DNA of 63,071 bases, the filler included, from Reticulomyxa filosa (Eukaryota; Protista; Foraminifera): assembly GCA_000512085.1 (NCBI GenBank). It is 19 parts of 19 records of this genome, joined end to end, with 100 filler letters (N's around TTAATTAATTAA, not from the genome) between each part and the next. Parts side by side here need not be neighbours in the genome. Positions count along the whole stretch, not along the records: positions 34,551 to 50,929 come from ASPP01000523.1; 18 more parts are not named here. One strand, written 5' to 3'. Of the stretch, positions 37,856 to 49,738 are shown piece after piece (positions within the stretch are counted from its first letter, which is position 1; every line of letters starts with the position of its first letter). The position numbers and the translations under genes were made by a program. The notes under the pieces are model-generated. The model had not been told where the DNA came from and made no database searches. It saw nothing but the letters and a program-made list of their open reading frames with translations.

Positions 37856-40800
37856 TCAAAAGTTTTCTTTGTGCAGAATGAACGTGGTATTGGTACTGAA
37901 ATCAGTGAAATTGCCACATTGTTTCTATGTTTATATTTATTACATATGTGAGAAAAAGTTCCATGAAAAATTTGAAAAGAAAACAAAGCTAAACCCAAAG
38001 GACTAGAACACTGAACTTTTAGATCGCTGGCAACAACGTCTGGGCCACAGAACATAACGCCAATTGTTTCTCCACAATGCTGTTGTTGAATGGATGAAAA
38101 TAATTCAGGCCATTTAGGACGGCCATTATGGATGATAATGTCTCCAAGAGAGACTGGTTCTGGTTCTGGACAACATAAAGCCCGGTAGATGTCAATCTCT
38201 GAGAAAGGAGCTTTTTCTCTTGCAACAGTACGACTTTTGTCGTGTAGCGTATCATCATAATGTGGTCCCCATATTGCCAAATCGGTTTGTTTATCGCCAC
38301 CACTGTCCAATTCGCTAGGATCAAATGTTGGATTCTTTGGTGCACTTGTGACGAAAATGTGCATTTGCAGCACTTTGGATTTCATTTGTTCCGGATTTTT
38401 TCGTCGCATATCGTACAGTTCATCTTCGGCTTCTTTCAAAGTTCTCACCATAAATCGATAGGCAGCAAGTTGTTCCCAATTAACAATCCACGCACAATAG
38501 GCATGATCGGGAAACGAGTGTCCGACCCCACGTTTGAATCGATAGTACACAATGGATTGCAAAGTTGCACGTACCGGGGTCACTCCAATGCCCGCACCGA
38601 CAATCATCGCAGTCCCATATGCACCCAAGTGCTGTGTAGGAGCTGCCATGGGGCCATCAATACATAATAAGCTACGCCCATCCGGTCCAATTGTCTTGGG
38701 CATTTTGTTCACACCGTCCCAATGAAAAAATTCAGCATACGCTTTTTTTGGTGACATGGCCTGCAAAAATGTCTGTAATCGTCCGGTCCATGTACCTTCT
38801 CCCTGTTGTGTATACGTAGACAAATGTATTATCAACTGATTGGTTTTGCAGTTTGTATTTTTTGTGTTGTCTTGTGTCCGCTTTTGTTTTCTTTTCCCTC
38901 TTCTTCTCCTTTTTGTCTCTTGCATTGAAAAGCAAGTATGCATACCATGTTACGTATGTGCAATGTTAAAGTCCTTTGCTCTGGAGGTGATGAAATAGTG
39001 AAAGGATGCCATTGGAACTTGGTGATCATAGGACAATTTAAAAAGATATATTGACCTTCTTGATGACGACGAATGGGCCCCGTTTTTTCCAATTCCAAAC
39101 AAAAGACCTTTGCGTATTTATTGTTCATGTGCGTTGCGCTAATCAAACCAACAGGCTTGGATGCTTTTACTTCCCTGGTGATGCGCTCAATAAAGTACAA
39201 TGTACCAGGTACCAAGAACCATTTCCAATAGTTTGGATTCCACGAATTGCGGCCGTGAAACAACAAGGCCAGGAAAAAAAGGACAAACAAATGATGCGTA
39301 TACCAAAACATTTCAAACTCACCACGACGAACTGCTTCAAAGGACGTGCTGTACAGCAGCTGCATCGCCACGATGATGATGACACCACTAATCCAAACTG
39401 TTGGGCCATACACCGCCTGGTACGTTGCTGGAACTTGGGCGTAGTGGTTGTAGTGTGCCCATGTATGCACCAATCCTCCAAACGCTGATAAGAAGGCACA
39501 CACTTTGTGAAATTGAATGGCTTTGTCCAACGGCATAAAGCTCAAACAAAATCGGGCTGCTCGCGATACTGCCCTTTGGTCGGTCGATACATTGTACAAA
39601 TACGCGATAAATGACCTATCGTTTTTTTTTCCTTTTAATGTGGTGAACTCCTTGGATTTGACTTGTTTTTCGAAGTTGCAAAAACGCACCCCTTAAAAAA
39701 TTTTGTTGAAAATTTAACCTGCACACTGGCAAAACAATAAAAGCACAGTTAATGTCGCACAAATTTCCAAACATTTTGGCAACAGTGAACCAACTCCCAT
39801 AAAGACGTCCCCCATTTTTGTCATAGAGCTGTGCCAATACTTTTTGGTTCGCAGTTAATGAATTCACCGTAGCGCTGTTTTTACTTTGTAACATACTGCT
39901 ATACTTGGCACCAGCAGTATTACCACTTGAAACCACACTTTGATAATACGCACACCGTTCACCCACGTAAATTATGTTAAACAGCAAATACGCGGCCAAA
40001 AATGTGTATTTTCGCACTTTCGATTGTTGACGAAGTTGCTTGCACCATCCATACATCCAAGCCAACCAACCCATGCAAAGCAAATATTTCGTGATTTTAC
40101 TTTTGGTGCTTTGCGATGATTCTTTTTTATTTTCCTCGGGCTCGTATTCTTCTTTGTTCTTTGTTTTTGTGGATTGTGTGCTTTTCTTTTAGAACAATCA
40201 AATTCCAAAATAAGGTTTCTGAAAAAATCATTAAAAAAAGGGGATTGTTTTTTAAGAATGGACATGAGAATCTCTTAACACTCCATGCCAACAAGTCAAA
40301 AATGGCAGTAACCGTCCACATCCCACCCGATAATGCAGTGACGAGAGTAAAATAGGGAATTACACCAATTATCAAATAAAATAATCCACGCAATGGCAAT
40401 CCTCCTTTCGAACGTTTATGTCCATATCTGTAATGAAAAGCTAACGTCACGGGTGCTGTCAATCGTTCAAAAACACGCAAAAGAAAAATGCACTTTGCCA
40501 TAGAAAGAAATTAGCTCATTTTTTGTATTGATAAGGAAAATGAAGTTAAATAAAAACAAACCAAGAGCCAAGCAGTAAATCCCACATATTGTAGACAATG
40601 TTTTGTTCGCATGTAATGCCGGACTAGCAGTTCGATGTCCCCATGTTAATGCACTCAAGCCTAAAAAGAGGCTTACCAGGGCAGTACACAATGCCATATA
40701 ATTCGCCACAATCCCTTTTATTTTTTTTAACAAAAAAAGGATTTGCGAATGGCGTGTTAAAAATTCTTAAAAAAAAAATAGACAGATCACGTATTCGTGT

Positions 40801-41312
40801 ATTGGCTAATGAGTAACAAAAACACCGGCAAAGAAAAAAGTTATCAGCTTTTTCATTTAAATAACTGATTGAAATTTTGTTTTTTTTATATATGGTCAAC
40901 ACTTACCAAAGCGAGTTTTAGCATTGGGATTAAATTTTAGATTTAAAACATCAACCGAATAATAGATTTCTGCATTTGGATCTGCTGATTGTTCTTGTTC
41001 CGTAAATTCAATGTGCTTGTTGGCTGGATTACTTTCTTCTTTTTTTCTTTCAGGGATTGGTGGATGAGCACGCAAGGCAATTTGCACTTGAGGGGGTACT
41101 GGGGGCATTCGAAAAGTCTTTGGTATGCTTGTTTTTTCGTATCGCTTCACGTACGTATTTGGAAAATATCCGCGCTCACCATTCCTTATTCCTACCCACC
41201 AACCACTCTCGTCTTCTTCATACACGTCAATAATATCCCCGACTTGAAACGATATTTGTCCATCATCTTCTGCGTTGTACGTGTACTCTGCAATCACTTG
41301 AAATAAAGCCAT
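37856..41312 (-). CDS. NADPH oxidase fusion protein: SH3 + Pro-rich linker + p22phox-like domain + NOX (gp91phox-like) core, 899 aa; exons 41312-40907, 40714-40562, 40455-40280, 40158-39719, 39615-38946, 38802-38017, 37924-37856
   Basis: Six GT-AG introns give one 2700-nt frame. SH3: AEYTYNAEDDGQISFQVGDII...GWWVG...GYFPNTYV. NOX: LPVCR, heme His pairs FHKVCAFLSAFGGLVHTWAH and FWYTHHLFVLFFLALLFHG, FAD motif QWHPFTISS, NADPH motifs GAGIGVTP and FCGP, C-terminal HKENF. Confidence 0.92.
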
Positions 41313-41895
41313 CTGTATTTATCGTTTCGTTTTCTAATGTTTGTGATTGCCGCCGAACCAAAGAATATACAATTCTACCGGAAGCACCACCCACAAGTGA
41401 AGAAAATATAGTACTTTTTGGAACAAGAAACCCGAAAAAGGTTTCTTCTAACTGGCCAAGGTTAAAAATTAAGTACCAATGTTATCTTAATTACAAATTT
41501 TAAAATGCAAATACCCACTTTTCAAATTATTACTTTTTAGATTCTACAAACATAAGAGACAGAAAAATAAATATCACTTTTTAAACTGTTTTATTTTGTT
41601 TAAAGATTTTTTTTTAGTTATCTCATACTCATTTAAAAACTAAAAGGGCAGTTTTTTTCGGATGAAATAATAAAATGCGGATATGCAATAGAAATGCATA
41701 ACCTAAACAAAAATATCAATCCTTAACAATTCAAATCCTGTAAATAAAAATATACAAGAGAGCTCAGGATTTTTAGATAATTGAGTCACTATAGCTTATT
41801 AGTGCCCCAAGCACAAGTAAATGTCAATTGTGTTGTTGAAAAAATAATTTATATTGTTAGCCAGTTTTAAAAAAACGAGACATTCCTAGAAAATA

Positions 41896-42273
41896 ATGTT
41901 TCTTCCAAGATCTCAACTTCAAACATTACCAAACAAAATTAGTTGTTTCACTCAGCAATCACAAAGGACTTTTCAGAGCCGCATTTTCAACTCGCGGAAC
42001 AAATTACTGAAGTACGACGCAACACAAAAGGTTTGGAAAAGGTATAAGTCTCGATCACCAATACAACGAAAAGCCCCTGACGGAAGACATGCTGGTGAAG
42101 GAGAGTGGCTTCTGGACTTTATCCCAACATTTCCTGTTCCTGAAACATTGGAATTGCCTGTATTGTTATTATTTGGGGCAGGTTGTTGTGCCAGCATAAG
42201 TTTTTTACTCAAGATGGTTCATCTTCCTGGTCAAGAAGCTTTGAAAAACTATAATCCAGAAAATCCTGAATAG
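41896..42273 (+). CDS. Small single-pass membrane protein with mitochondrial presequence-like N-terminus (125 aa)
   Basis: Intact ATG-TAG ORF. The N-terminus is rich in R/S/Q and lacks acidic residues; one hydrophobic segment LPVLLLFGAGCCASISFLL. Confidence 0.6.
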   Translation: MFLPRSQLQTLPNKISCFTQQSQRTFQSRIFNSRNKLLKYDATQKVWKRYKSRSPIQRKAPDGRHAGEGEWLLDFIPTFPVPETLELPVLLLFGAGCCASISFLLKMVHLPGQEALKNYNPENPE

Positions 42274-42826
42274 TCTTGGAATGTAGGAAATTTGTCTTAC
42301 TTTGACTGATTGCTTATTCATTCAGGTTATTTTGCTTTGGAATCGAAAAAACCTGTAAACTTTAGGTTGCCCACGCAAAAAAAAATCATTTCATCAGCCA
42401 TGCTGATTTGATTGAAGGTTTGTAAGGCAAAAAGGAGTAGTATCAAGAAAACACACCCATCTACTAATATTTATGTTGGGCTCTTATAACATTAAGCATT
42501 CATCATCTTTGAATCGTTTTTTAAGCTCTTCAAACGAAAAAGAAAGCATATCAAAAGTAAATAACTTGAAATATACAAAAATTGAATAACTAAATCTTGA
42601 TCAATTTCGAAATTTCATAGACACAGGAAAAAAAAGCAATATTTTTGCGAAATGTCAAATATAATAAAATACAACTTTTGACAAAAGAGTGTGGTCTAGC
42701 TGATTTCATATTAATTTGAACGTATTTAGATTCCCACATTTTTTTAAAGAGCAAAGAACTGCTATACAAGCAAAAAAACCAATGCTTATCATTTCAAAAA
42801 GATATCAACAACACGAGTAATTGAAA

Positions 42827-45636
42827 TTAATTGGAGTCAGTGACCAAGTAATAGGTAATAGTTCTTGGTTGCATGGATACATCCAAAGATAGCAAATACG
42901 CGTGGCTTAAGGTAACTGGGACATAAGGTCCATCTTCGTGACTCAAATAAGCTTTGTCGGACAGCCCAGTATAATACAAAGAAATTTCAAGCGTAGTGTT
43001 GACAGTAGAGCTCAAAGGATTGAAAACCGCAATAAAACCTTTCTCTGACAAGGAAGGATTGGCATGCATAATGCAATCAATGAATTGATTGTCAGGTCTT
43101 CGAACGTGAATTATATCACTTATCAAAATATCACGATGTTTTTTATAAATGGTTGTCCATTTGATAACAACATTTTTGGTATCCTCTTTTCTCGTACAAA
43201 CATACACATATCGTCAATGCGAAACAAAGAGAAGAAAAAAGTGCAACGAACAAAAAAGAAAAGGAAAGGACATAGTTACCATTATCATACAACTCATATC
43301 CACGAATGGTAGGTGCAACTGAGTACAAGAAGTACATTCCCAGAGCCCAATCATAATCTGCAATATTTTGTGACAAAGGTTCAAAAGTAGAATCTGGCGG
43401 GCCATCGTGATAAGGGATCATAGGCATAAACATCCAACCGCTTGTCGGTACTCGTGTGTAGCTTGTATCGTACATGAGTTGTCGTGCAATTGTCTAATCA
43501 TCGCAAAGCAAGCGAAGTAGTTATTGACATTTTCCAAGGCGATAAACAAGCAAACAAATCAAACAGACCATTTCCTCCCAAAGAGGCAAAGTGTAGGTAT
43601 ATTCAGCATAAGGAAATTTGTTTCGATTTCCACCGACGTAATAATAATTATCGGGAGTATGAACATATACATTTTGGGCTTTCATTTGAATGTAAAATTG
43701 GTTTTGCAAATACTGTTGTCGAAATACACTGTCATTTAAATTGTCATGATATTTGTGAGTCAAAGACGCACATGAAAAGCCCGGATAAGGACCATCCGTT
43801 ATCACCATGCCCATGCCTATTTCGATATAATTTTCAAAATATCCAAGTATAACATCTGACCAACCAGACGCATAGCATTCGCCTGTGTCATGTACGTTGG
43901 GATTGGTGTCTATGCGTCTTTTTTTTTTTTTTTTTTTTAACAACACATAACAATAGTAACAATAAAAAAAAAGCAAAAATGAAATAACAGCAATAAATAA
44001 TACGTTCCTCCCCCCTCTTCTCATTTCTTTTCCAAACAAAACATATATTCAGTGACGTTTCTAGCCATATCAATCAAGTCATATCCTCCCACGATGACAT
44101 TCTTCGACGTTGCATATTCAATAAGCGTTTGATAATGATCTAAATTTGCTTGACTCGTATTTTCCATGTTGAAGCCACAGCCAAAAGAAAAAGCCATCAG
44201 CTCGAATCCTATTGTCGACAGATCAAAACTCGTAATGAAAAAAATATGTACTGATTATTACACATACCGGTTTCATTGCATTGGTCAATCATTCGATAAA
44301 CCATTTCGTCACTTAGATTTGTGGTTTGTGTGTAAATAGGATTTTCCATGATACACGGCGTCAAATATTTCATAAGTCGTCTCTGGCCCATTCCAAACCT
44401 CTCCATATCGGCAATACTTTTGGAATCGGACATTAACTCCAAAACTCGAAAGGATTGAAAGGTGCCATTTTCAGTTCCAGGCAGTTCCGGTGCCAATCGA
44501 ACCGCCCAAACACTTTGTTCGGACTGTGGTGCATAAAATACACGGACACAAGGCTGATACGAGCCTGGTGATTGACTTTGCCCTGGTTGTGTGTACCATT
44601 GAATTTCACTGCTGTGAGCCTTAACAACAATACGTACACACATACGCACAATGCGTCATATTTACATAGCAAGCCAAATTATATCAATACAAGCGCAAGT
44701 CACATAAGAATCATCAAACAAGCAATTAATTGTTTCATACAATGTCCGTGTCAAGGAACAGCAGGCCTTGTTGATAACCTCCCCAAGAACCGCTGGAAAA
44801 AGGCGGGTTTACACACAACAGCTCTGGTTCCACATACGTTATCCACACGTTGTCAGTTTCAGTTGCATTCACTGACGTTATGCGAAGCATTTTTGTCATT
44901 ATTGGCATTCCTTGTAACATTTCATATCTCACGATCACACGAATATTCTGGATGTTTTTATTTTTTATTTTTTTAGTTTTATGTTGATCACACATGCAAG
45001 AAATAACCTGGATTTGCGCAGGTGCATTCGCTGGCGGTGCAAAAGTTGCTTCAAGTGCCAGTCCCAAAGGGGGCCATGGAATGTCTTTTGGAGAGTGTCG
45101 TGTGCCCGGTATCCATCTTTTTTTTTTTTTTTGAAGAAAGAGAATGTAAAAAAACAGCAGTGGAAACAATATATGAAAATAGTACATGCACTTAACTCAT
45201 ATGGCTTGTACAAATCGGTAGATGCTTCGTAAGACACAAATTGAAAAGAGTAGGACGTGTTAGTTTGAACGTTGTCCGGATTGATCCAACTGAGGTTCAG
45301 ATATGAATGAGTGACATTGGATTTAAATTCAATACCACCTATTCCATACATTCGACCATTCAGGCCTATCTGAGCTTCTGGTACCATTGCTCGGATTGCT
45401 GCGTTGTAAGGCTCTTGCAAGTGTGTGTTATACTCGATTGTGGCAAAATTGGGAGAGAGTAGAAATTTTCGAGATATTAATTCATTCGATAGCTCCAAAC
45501 ATGCCAAACCGTTTATTTTACATTTTGTTAACGTCACGTTTGAAAAAGAATAAATATCATTTATTAGCCAATCTTTCACTCCTTGCACAATTTGTCCGAT
45601 ACAAAACAATAATAATAAGGAATTTACTCGAAGCAT
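42827..45636 (-). CDS. Secreted alpha-galactosidase-like glycoside hydrolase (GH36/GH27 clan-like), multi-exon
   Basis: Signal peptide MLRVNSLLLLFCIGQIVQG. Motifs DWLI, LSNELISRKF..PNFAT, FQSFRVLELMSDS, ENPI, DQCNETGFELMAFSFGCGF, GGYDL, DGPYPGFSCAS and GWMFMP...YH are spread over spliceable exons. The family call is from recall of these motifs. Confidence 0.7.
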
Positions 45637-46218
45637 TATTATTTTTTTGAGAGATTGCAATTAAAAATAGGAATTTTTTTACTTCTTTCTTCTTCAGTTT
45701 TTGATATTTCACACTATTGAGCTCAAACAGTATGGATATCATTTGCGTAACTTTAAGTTTGAAAAAATTTGTTTTTCACTTCATCATTTTTTTTATTAAA
45801 GATGAATTTGAAATACAAAAAATTTTATTTTTTTTAAACATAACTTTGTTTAATGCTAACAAAACAAGACAATTTTGAATTTATACTTGCAAACAAGAAA
45901 TTAAAGAATCGTTTCCACATGATTCATTTTTATTATTTGATCATCCCAAGAAATTTCTGAGATTTTTGTGAACCTTCTGTAAATTTATGAAAAGTTGTTC
46001 TACGTGCAAGTTGTTCAAAAATTGAAATACGTGCCCACAAAGAAAATAGGATAAGTCGTCACATGCAATCAAAAATTAAGATTTAATTTTGATTCTGCAA
46101 AAAGAAATGATTTGAATCGTTCAGTAGACCTAGAAACACTGATTTAAAGGAGCACGGCAAATCCAGGAAAAAAACTAATAGTTTCCCCTCAAATTGAAGG
46201 CCAACACTTGTAAGTCAA

Positions 46219-47424
46219 ATGTTCCCCTTACAATCTTTTTCAACAATTGGTCTAAAGAAATATAAACTTGAATTGAGCACTGATATTCAAAATACGTTGG
46301 ACTTTAAGAAACATTGGAACGACAATTGGAAAAGAGCAAATGCGGAAGCAGCAAAAATAATTCAACAAAAATTGAACAAAAATAAAGAAGGATTGATTGT
46401 TGTCGCCAAAAATGTATCCGAATGGCCAAATAAACCAAATCAGAATTTAAACAAAAATGGTGATCTTTTGTTTTCATTTATTTCGTCGGTGAGCAGTGGC
46501 AAAACTAAAACAAAACAATTTGGAGAATATTGGTTATATGTGCTGAAAAAAAAGTTGGTGATATTGGAAGATATGGTGATTGATGGAAATGTGTATGCTG
46601 TGAACTGCGAAATCCAATGCCAAGGGAAAGTGAACATTACAACACAGCTTTTTGTTTCAGATAATGCTATTATCGATTCGAACTTGAAACAGGAAATTTT
46701 GCCAATTGAATGGAACACTCGATTGCATCATGACATCCCGGTATATTTGCAAGATCTCCAAGACAATGCAGAAGAATGCTTAGAAAATGAAGTCTTTGAT
46801 GACGCTATTCTGAATTTGCAGAAATGTTTGCAGATTTCTGTCGAGACATTTGGATGCAACCACGCATATATTGCTGATTCATACCACAAAATAGGTAATG
46901 CCAACCTTGAAAAGAAATTGTATGATAATGCAATTGAATTTTATAAAAAATCATTGGAACTGAGATTGGAACTTTTTGGGATCTATCATCCTCTTGTTGC
47001 CGATTCATACAACAATTTAGGGCTTTCCTTTCATGACAAAGGACAATATGACAAAGCTGTTGAATATTATGAAAAGTCTATCAGCATTGGAGTGGCGGTC
47101 TATGGAAATTATCACAAAGACATTGCCGACTCGTACTACAATTTGGGGGTTACCTATGATTCCAAAGAGCAGTACGATGCGGCAATTGAATGCTATGAGA
47201 AGGCATTGAACATAAGCAAAGAAATATTTCAAAAGGTGAATATAGACGTTGGTGATGTGAAATGGAATTTGGGAGCAGCGTTTGAAAGAAAAGGAGAGAC
47301 CGAAATTGCATGTAATTATTATGGGGAAGCATGGAAGATATTTAGCACGGTAGTTGGAGATTGGCATGAAGACACTGTGGAGATTAAAAAAATAATGCAA
47401 CGGTCAGCCGGAAAAACAATTTGA
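46219..47424 (+). CDS. TPR-repeat protein (kinesin-light-chain-type 42-aa TPRs)
   Basis: A 401-aa ORF with repeated H..(I/V)ADSY.NLG..Y...G.YD.AIEYYEK.L.I units. Confidence 0.85.
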   Translation: MFPLQSFSTIGLKKYKLELSTDIQNTLDFKKHWNDNWKRANAEAAKIIQQKLNKNKEGLIVVAKNVSEWPNKPNQNLNKNGDLLFSFISSVSSGKTKTKQFGEYWLYVLKKKLVILEDMVIDGNVYAVNCEIQCQGKVNITTQLFVSDNAIIDSNLKQEILPIEWNTRLHHDIPVYLQDLQDNAEECLENEVFDDAILNLQKCLQISVETFGCNHAYIADSYHKIGNANLEKKLYDNAIEFYKKSLELRLELFGIYHPLVADSYNNLGLSFHDKGQYDKAVEYYEKSISIGVAVYGNYHKDIADSYYNLGVTYDSKEQYDAAIECYEKALNISKEIFQKVNIDVGDVKWNLGAAFERKGETEIACNYYGEAWKIFSTVVGDWHEDTVEIKKIMQRSAGKTI

Positions 47425-47879
47425 GAAAAAATACTGTTATATTTATTTGTAATACCAACTAGATTTAAAATACTTTGCAATTAAAGGACAGAGAAGGAAA
47501 TCCTCTTTTCGGTTTTGTGTGTCAGAATTCTTTGAAAATTGATGTCTCTTGTCCTCAATTCAATTTTTTCGTGTTTCGATTCTTTTTCTTGATTTGAACA
47601 CTCTTTCTACAACGTATTACCGCACCCATGTATACTCTTTTTTCAAAGCGTAATCAAAGAGTGTGAACATATTCTTTATTTTTCATTTTTTCTTATTTCT
47701 ATTGTAAGCAAGCCGATCATAAACCATAACGATTTATTATCAATACTAAATGGCACAAATACTATTAAGTTTGTGAAAAATTGCAAATAGACGAATCCTT
47801 TGCTGCCTTCTTTTTTTCGTGTACGAAGACAAAAGGAAAAGTTTTTGTTGTTTGCTTTATTCCTGTTAAAAAAAAAGAG

Positions 47880-48955
47880 ATGTGGTTCACGTCTTGTTGT
47901 TTATTTATAACCTTGATGTTGTTAAGCGTGAGTTTCAGCAGTCATGTTCTTCTTTCAGTGAATGGATTTGCGCACCGCCTGGCCGACGACATCACTACAG
48001 ATGTAGAGTACGGGTAAGCAAAACTTAACAAATTCTTTTAATATTTGTTTTTTAAAAACAGACACAAAATAAAATAAACAAAAAGTCATACAGTAATTCA
48101 GATGAAAGCGACTTATCAATGGGAAGGAAACATATTGGTAAATAAAACTACAACAGTGAGTTACAATGACGCTTACCAAGACCTATGTACTGAAAAAAAC
48201 GGGACAAATAAAAATGCGAATACCACCAATTGCGACGCATTAAAAATATTGGACGCAAAAGGATATTTGTGTTACCTTCTCAATGTGCTTGCAATTGTTT
48301 TCAATGTGATCGCTTGCTGCATTGCCATTCTCACAACGATCACACGAGGTGTTTGCAAGCGAACAGGTTCTTTTGTTATTGTTAATATGCATATTATAAT
48401 ATGCACAGTTTCGTTTTTTTGTAAAAAGTAAAATTTAGCGTCCATTGCGTGGTTCTATTAATGTTAATATCCATGGCAGAATGTGTAGCGACTGTATTCA
48501 TATATTTAGACGTCTTCAAACATAAGGCGGTTAAGTGAATTTGATTAGATTTTCTCAAAAGAAATCTACACAAAAAGCACTGCGAATTAATGACCCTTTT
48601 TGAATGGGGCATACACATAAATCTGAACATAAATTAGGACCAAGTGCTGGATGCTGTGTTTACGTATTATTATCCAATTACCCAAATCGAGTGGAATGAT
48701 TCCAAAGCTGGGCCGTTCATTATTTTTTTATACGTTGCCATCGGCTTTGGCTTCTTCTCAATTTTCTCCGCTTTGTTTTTGGAAAAAAACCGCTGCATTG
48801 GGTACAGTATCTGTCAACGAAGACATCCTGGTGAACGTAACTCTCCTGCTTTACTGGAGATCGAAGGACAGTCCAATGCTCACATGGAGAGTTCCACCAC
48901 TGGCAGTTATCCTGAAACTGGAATGGGTGCTGCAGCAGCTTCATATCGTGTTTAA
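47880..48955 (+). CDS. Four-TM (claudin/amastin-like topology) membrane protein, about 4 exons
   Basis: Hydrophobic exons near 47880-48014, 48102-48366, 48439-48530 and 48638-48955. The first loop has paired Cys and N-glycosylation sequons. Confidence 0.5.
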
Positions 48956-49738
48956 ATTACTTCGTCAGATGTGCTTTACATACGTTTTGATTTCTTTTTT
49001 TTTGGTGGGAGACTGTTTTTCGATGATCTCATATGAACAAAAATATATTCATTCATATTAATAAACACTTTAATATTTGGGTGGTGAGAAGAATACATAA
49101 TAAAGAAAGATATATCTTAATGTTTTCCCTAATGAATCAATTTAGTCATTTTGCAACTACAAAATTTGTTCATTTGCTTTTTTTCAATTTTTAATTTCGT
49201 CTTCCACGTTGTACATCGATTATGTCAATCGAGTTAAAAGCAAATTAACATAAATATAGAACAGTTGAAAGCTGTTCTGTTATAATGCCAATTGAATTTT
49301 TATTAAATCAATTCCTATCTTTGATAGTCTATAAAAATCAGTCCACATTATCTTTTCATTAGTTTTTTTATTTTGTAAGATTTGATTTTTGATAATGCAT
49401 TTTTCGAAATTTATTATTAGTTTGACTGTTTTAATATATTTCATATCAAGTTATGTTTTTAATTTTTATTGGTACAATACAGCAAAACATAAAATGTTAT
49501 CAGAAAAGCAAAAAGGATGAAAAGTTTGTGATCGATTTTTAAAAAAAAAGAACAGGACTAAGATAAATTAATTTTTGTTTGTAAATATAATATTTTAGTT
49601 GTCAGCTGTTTGTAATGTATTTAGTATATAAAATATGCTTTTGATGACAAAAACAGTGGAATTAGTAAACAAACAAAAGGAATACGGTTACTTGCTGCAG
49701 TTCATTGGAAAAAAAAAATCTGCACTTCTGATTTGGTT

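Noticed and set aside
40467-41312. SH3 ORF (40896-41312) and hydrophobic ORF (40467-40733) as separate small genes
   Set aside because: A strong GTAAGT donor at 40906 and in-phase acceptors join them to the NOX frame; their ORF stops fall inside introns.
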